Position numbers and translations under genes: made by a program
Source: a bacterium
GTDB lineage: Bacteria; RBG-13-61-14; DATKZS01
NCBI GenBank assembly: GCA_963674965.2
Contig: CAXXFL010000001.1
Location: 896,001-960,000 of the forward strand
Reading direction: 5' to 3'
DNA length: 64,000 bases
Part shown: positions 63,321-64,000 of the stretch, one piece after another
Position numbering within the stretch: the stretch's first letter is position 1
Layout: each line of letters opens with the position of its first letter
Notes under the pieces: model-generated
Seen by the model: only the letters and a program-made list of their open reading frames with translations
Told to the model about the DNA's origin: nothing
The model's database searches: none

Positions 63321-64000
63321 ATGAACGATAAAAAAGACGCCTTTGTTCCGGGCGAAACCGGGGCTGGCCGTTCCCGAGGCAAAAACGAGTTTAAAAAGAG
63401 CGAAATAACCAGGGAACGGATTCTTATGGCCGCTCGCAAGGTTTTCGCCGAGCATCCCTATAAGGCGGCCAGCATCAGGATGATCGGAAAAGCGGGAGGC
63501 TTCGATCACCCTCTTATCCATTATTATTTCCCCACCAAGGCCGAGCTTTTCGAGGCGGTTGTCGCCGCCATATGCGAGGATTTTTACGAGGCTAACAAGT
63601 CCTGGTTCGAGGGTCTGGGCACGATGAAGCCAAGAGACGGGCTTTCTCTTTTTATCGACAGGTTCCTGGAATATAACTTTAAAAATCCCGAGCCCCTTAA
63701 AACGATAGTGCTGAATCTTGGCCAGGTTAACAGGCTGGACGAGATTCCCGGCTACCAACTTATACCGGGGCTTTTGTCGCGGATCATGGAAACCTTCCAG
63801 GAAAAGGTCAACCTCAAGGCCTCGCCCGAGCAGATAAGCATGTTCATCCACAGTTTCAATAACCTGGGCATCAATTACCTGGGCGCCAATACCTGCCACG
63901 CCGAGGTCCTGGGCATGGACCCCAGAAGCGAGGAATACAGGGAATGGGTCAAGGACACCCTGATGTTTATCTTCCTTCCCCTCCTGGTGAGAATGATCTT
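63321..64000 (+). CDS. TetR regulator running off the window end (absent from the supplied ORF track)
   Basis: Manual translation: MNDKK...TRERILMAARKVFAEHPYKAASIRMIGKAGGFDHPLIHYYFPTKAELF. Confidence 0.88.
   Translation, partial: MNDKKDAFVPGETGAGRSRGKNEFKKSEITRERILMAARKVFAEHPYKAASIRMIGKAGGFDHPLIHYYFPTKAELFEAVVAAICEDFYEANKSWFEGLGTMKPRDGLSLFIDRFLEYNFKNPEPLKTIVLNLGQVNRLDEIPGYQLIPGLLSRIMETFQEKVNLKASPEQISMFIHSFNNLGINYLGANTCHAEVLGMDPRSEEYREWVKDTLMFIFLPLLVRMI

Noticed and set aside
63291-63899. 202-aa minus-strand ORF
   Set aside because: Shadow of the plus-strand TetR starting at 63321.

Overview
This 64 kb window is chromosomal DNA from a GC-rich diderm bacterium. The gene content resembles deltaproteobacterial lineages, but that placement is inference only. 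From left to right it contains: the 3' part of topA (six zinc ribbons) coupled to queC; HU; an M15-type peptidase; rtcB with a stand-alone cNMP-binding protein; and a protein that looks like two degenerate nuclease-fold domains. A complete minus-strand rRNA operon follows (16S, tRNA-Ile, tRNA-Ala, 23S, 5S) with tandem promoters and boxA. Directly upstream lies a roughly 4.5 kb accessory patch with Rhs/TSP3 gene fragments, an array of 133-bp non-coding repeats whose junctions all fall at GTT, an LRR gene and an intact ISL3 with an 8-bp target duplication. The remainder holds an hflK/hflC operon led by a CDF-transporter/SPFH fusion, two GT-C/TPR glycosyltransferases, a 7-PAS hybrid kinase, a porin, an SSS symporter, a ceramidase-like enzyme, an AAA ATPase, a tiny Cys-rich lipoprotein, modE-TSUP, a TetR-led Lol-like ABC operon, a decayed IS with a nested MITE/REP element, and a TetR-RND efflux operon. 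The best candidates for undescribed biology are the GTT-bounded repeat/boxA/Rhs-fragment patch, the CDF-SPFH fusion operon and the double pseudo-nuclease. All calls are made by eye from motifs; no searches were run.
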